Source: the human T2T-CHM13v2.0 reference genome, Homo sapiens
DNA: 64,000 nt
Assembly: GCF_009914755.1 (NCBI RefSeq)
Contig: NC_060927.1
Direction: 5' to 3' (one strand)
Within the stretch, counting starts at the first letter, position 1; every line of letters starts with the position of its first letter. Positions 60,582 to 64,000 of the stretch are shown piece after piece. The position numbers and the translations under genes are program-made. Under the pieces are notes generated by a model, which saw only the letters and a list, made by a program, of their open reading frames with translations, had not been told where the DNA came from and made no database searches.

Positions 60582-63512
60582 TGTGATGCATAATTTTTGA
60601 TGTCAGCTTGACTGAGTGAGGGATGCCCAAATAGCTGGTAAAACATTATTTCTGAGTATGTCTGTGAGGGTGTTTTCAGAAGAGATTAGTCTTTGAATCA
60701 GTTGACTGAATAAGGAAGATCCACTCTCATCCAGTATGGGTTGGCACCATCCAATTAGCTGAGCACCAAATAGAACAAAAAGGCAGAGGAAAGGTGAATT
60801 CACCCTCTCTTTTATAGAGCCAGAACACACTTCTTCTCTTGCCATTGGACATAAAAACTACAGGTTTTTTGGTCTTCTAACTCCAGGACTTGAAGCAGTA
60901 GATCCCTAGGTTTTCAGGTCTTTGATCTCACACTGAGAGTTATACCATCCTCTTTCCTGGTTCTGAAGCCTTCAGACTTGCAGAGCCACACTATTGTCTT
61001 TCTTAGTTATTCAGCTTCCAGAAGCATAACGTAGAGTTTCTCGGCCTCCACAATTATGTGACCAATTCTCACAGTAAATCCCCTCTCATCTACCTGTATA
61101 TTTATCTGTCAACTATCATTCTCTCTTTCTCTCGTCTATCTCTCTATCCATCCTCATGATATGTTGTGGTTCTGTGTTTCCACCAAAATATCATCTCAAA
61201 TTTTAATCTCAATTTGTCAAGGGAAGAACCTGGTGTGAGGTGATTGGATCATAGGGTCATTTTTCCCCATGCTGTTTTCATGATAATGAATGAGTTCTCA
61301 TGAGATCTAATGGTTTAAAATTGTGGCACTTCACTCTCTCTCTCCTACTCCAATGTAAGATGTGTCTTGTTCCACCTTTGCCTTCCACCATAATTGTAAG
61401 TTTCCTGAGGCCTCCACAGCCATGCAGAACTATGAGTCAATTTAACCCGTTCTTTATAAATTAGCCAGTCTTAGGGAGTTCTTTATAGCAGTGTGGAAAG
61501 GGACTAATATAGAAAATTGGTACTAAGTGGGGCATTGTTATAAAGACACCCGAAAATGAGGAAGCAAATTTGGAACTGGGTAATCGTCAGAGATTGGGAC
61601 TCTTTGGAGTGCTCAGAAGAAGATAGAAAGATGAGGGAAAGTTTGAAGCTTCCTAGAGACTTGTTGAATGGCTGTGACCCAAATGCTTATAGTGATATGG
61701 ACAATAAAATCCAGGCTGAGGTGGTCTCAGATAGAGATAAGAAACTTACTGAGAACTTGACTAAAGGTCACTCTTGCTAGGCTTTAGCAAGGAGACTGGC
61801 AGCATTTTCCCCCTGCCCTATAGATCTGTGGAAATTTGAACTTGAGAGAGATGATCTAGGGTATATGGCAGAAGAATTGTTGAGCAGCAAAGCATTCAAG
61901 ATGTGACCTGGCTTTTTCTCAAATTATATGCTCATATGCATGCAGAAAGAGAGGGTTTGAAATTGGAACTTATGTTTAAAAGGGAAGCAGAGCATAAAAG
62001 CTTGAAAAACTTGCAGCCTGACCATGTGGTAGGAAAGAAAAATCCATTTTCTGGGAAGGAATTCAAGCCCAAGCCAGCTGCAGAAATTTGCGTAAGTAAC
62101 AAGGAACTGAATGCTAGTAGCTGAGACAATGGGGAAAGTGTCTCCAGGGCATTTCAGAGACCTTCACAACAGCCCCTTCAATCATTGGCCCAGAGACCTA
62201 GAAGGGAAAAATGGTTTTGTGGGCAGCCAGGCCCAGGACTCTATTGCTCTTTGCAGCCTCAGAACATGGTGTCCCCGGTCTAGCCATGGCTAAAAAGGGC
62301 CAAGGTATAGTTTGGGCCATTGCTTCAGAGGGTGCAAGCAACAAGCCTTGGTGGCCTCCACATGGTGTTGAGCCTGCAGGTGCACTGAAGACAAGAGTTG
62401 AGCTTTGGGAGCCTCTGCCTAGATTTCAGAGGATGTTTGGAAAGACCTAGATGTCCAGGCAGAAGTCTGCTGCAGGAGTGGAACCCTCGTGGAGAACCTC
62501 TACTAGGGCAATGCAGAGGGAAAATGTGGGGTTAGAGCCCACACACAGAGTCCCCACTGTGGCACTGCCTAGTGGAGCTGTGAGAAGGCCACCATCCTCC
62601 AGATCCCAGAATGGTAGATCCACTGACAGCTTGCACTGTGCACTTGAAAAAGCCACAGGCACTCCACACCAGCCCATGAAAGCAGCTGCAGGGGCTGTAC
62701 CCTGAAGAACCACAGAAGTGGAGCTGTCCAAGGCCTTGAGAGGACACCCCTTGCATCAGTGTGCCCTGGATGTGAAATATGGAGTCAAAGGAAATCATTT
62801 CAGAGCTTTACAATTTAAGGACTGCCCCATTGGTTTTTGGACTTGCATGGGCCCCTTTGTTTTGGCCAATTTCTCTCATTTGGAACAGGAATATTTACCC
62901 AATGCCTGTACCTCCATTGTATCTTGGAAGTAACTAATGTGTTTTTGATTTTACACGCTCCTAGTTAGAAGGGGCTTGCCTTTTGTCAAATGAGACTTTG
63001 GACTTGAACTTTTGAGTTAATGCTGGAACAAGTTAAGACTTTAGGGGACTGTTGGGAAGGCATGATTGGTTTTGAAATATAAAAAGAGCATGAGATTTGA
63101 AAGGGGCCAGAGGCAGATAATATAATTTGGCTCTTTGTCACCACCCAAATCCCATTTCAAATTATAATCCCTATGTATCAAGGGAGGGACTTGGTGTGAG
63201 GTGATTGGATCATGGGGGTGGTTTCCCCACACTGTTCTCATGATAGTGAGTGAGTTCTCATAATATTTGATGGTTTAAAGGTGTGGAACTTTCTCTTTCT
63301 CTCTCTATCCTGCCACCAAGTAAAACGTGCCTTACTTCCCCTTCCACCATGATTGTAAGTTTCCTGAGACCTCCTAAGCCATGTGGAACTATAAGCCAAT
63401 TAAACCTCTTTTCTTTATAAATTGCCTAGTCTTCGGTAGTTCTTTATAGTAGTTTGAAAACAGACTAGTGCACTCTTGATTCTGTTTATCAGGAAAAGCC
63501 TCACAATATACA
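60582..63512 (+). mobile_element. MLT2 (ERV-L) solo LTR in two pieces (60582-61156 and 63473-63512)
   Basis: TGTGATGCATAATTTTTGATGTCAGCTTGACTG...AGCTGGTAAAACATTATTTCTGAGTATGTCTGTGAGGG; terminal TTGATTCTGTTTATCAGGAAAAGCCTCACAATATACA. Confidence 0.85.
61157..63472 (+). mobile_element. Full-length MSTA/THE1D-type MaLR (LTR 61157-61511, internal 61512-63117, LTR 63118-63472)
   Basis: Two ~355-bp direct LTRs; internal region begins GAAAATTGGTAC and ends GAAAGGGGCCAGAGGCAGA; MaLR ORF remnant SLECSEEDRKMRESLKLPRDLLNG. Confidence 0.93.
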
Positions 63513-64000
63513 TCTCTTTTTCTTCACGAGTATTATTTCATTATAAAAGTTTTACTCCCACCTTTTCTCAGTGCTTGTTTCCCAGAGAACTAAACTTGTG
63601 ACAAAAATGATCTTAATAATGTATACAGTATTGGTGATTTTATCCCTATTGCCTAAGAGAATGCCTAGAAGATGTTTGTTACTCAATAAATCTAGTTGAA
63701 TGATTTAATACTATATTCTATATATAATTTCTGAGAAAAGTGAGTGAAATTAGTCATTATCCAATTCTTCCTTGTTCTTTATGGTAAATGCTTGAAACTG
63801 GATATTAGTTGAAGCAAAGATACTGGTAATTTTTTTCTTTAAATTTAAATAGCTTTTAGTGAATATTAAGAAAAATAAGAATAAACCACTAAAATTATAT
63901 AACAGCAACATTTTTATTGTTATTGTTGTTGCATGTATTTTTTTCCCCAAAACACTTCTAGAACTTTGACAATTAAACTGAGACTCATACAGCGTTGATG

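Larger units (their letters stand above)
60214..63603 (+). mobile_element. LTR16B-like 3' LTR in two pieces (60214-60581 and about 63513-63603)
   Basis: TGCGGGAGACATGGAGCTGTGC...AGCCTCCAGCTGTTAGCTTCTTCAGG; distal end CTCAGTGCTTGTTTCCCAGAGAACTAAACTTGTGACA. Confidence 0.7.

Noticed and set aside
61556-62933. Dense cluster of ORFs on both strands
   Set aside because: Broken MaLR internal ORF and GC-richer repeat sequence

Overview
AT-rich primate genomic DNA, almost certainly human because it carries a near-intact AluYb8. It looks intronic or intergenic and is dominated by transposon relics. I find no supportable protein-coding gene: the ORFs in the track are L1, Alu, ERV or MaLR remnants, low-complexity sequence or chance frames. 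Main contents: L1s of very different ages, including two 5'-inverted insertions and one copy with both ends but a large internal deletion; Alus (Yb8, a truncated Y, four S-type, one monomer); MaLR LTRs plus a two-LTR MST/THE1 element; an ERV1 solo LTR; a ~4.6 kb decayed ERV-L internal region whose LTR16-like 3' LTR holds nested insertions; L2 and MIR relics; and microsatellites. The non-repeat signals most worth checking are a 91-nt minus-strand candidate exon with strong splice sites and a 25-codon sORF (5252-5342), a 41/45-bp near-perfect inverted repeat (13879-13981) and a few enhancer-like unique stretches. I could not support a new biological system from the sequence alone. Subfamily names come from recalled consensus motifs, not a database search, and boundaries of old elements are approximate.
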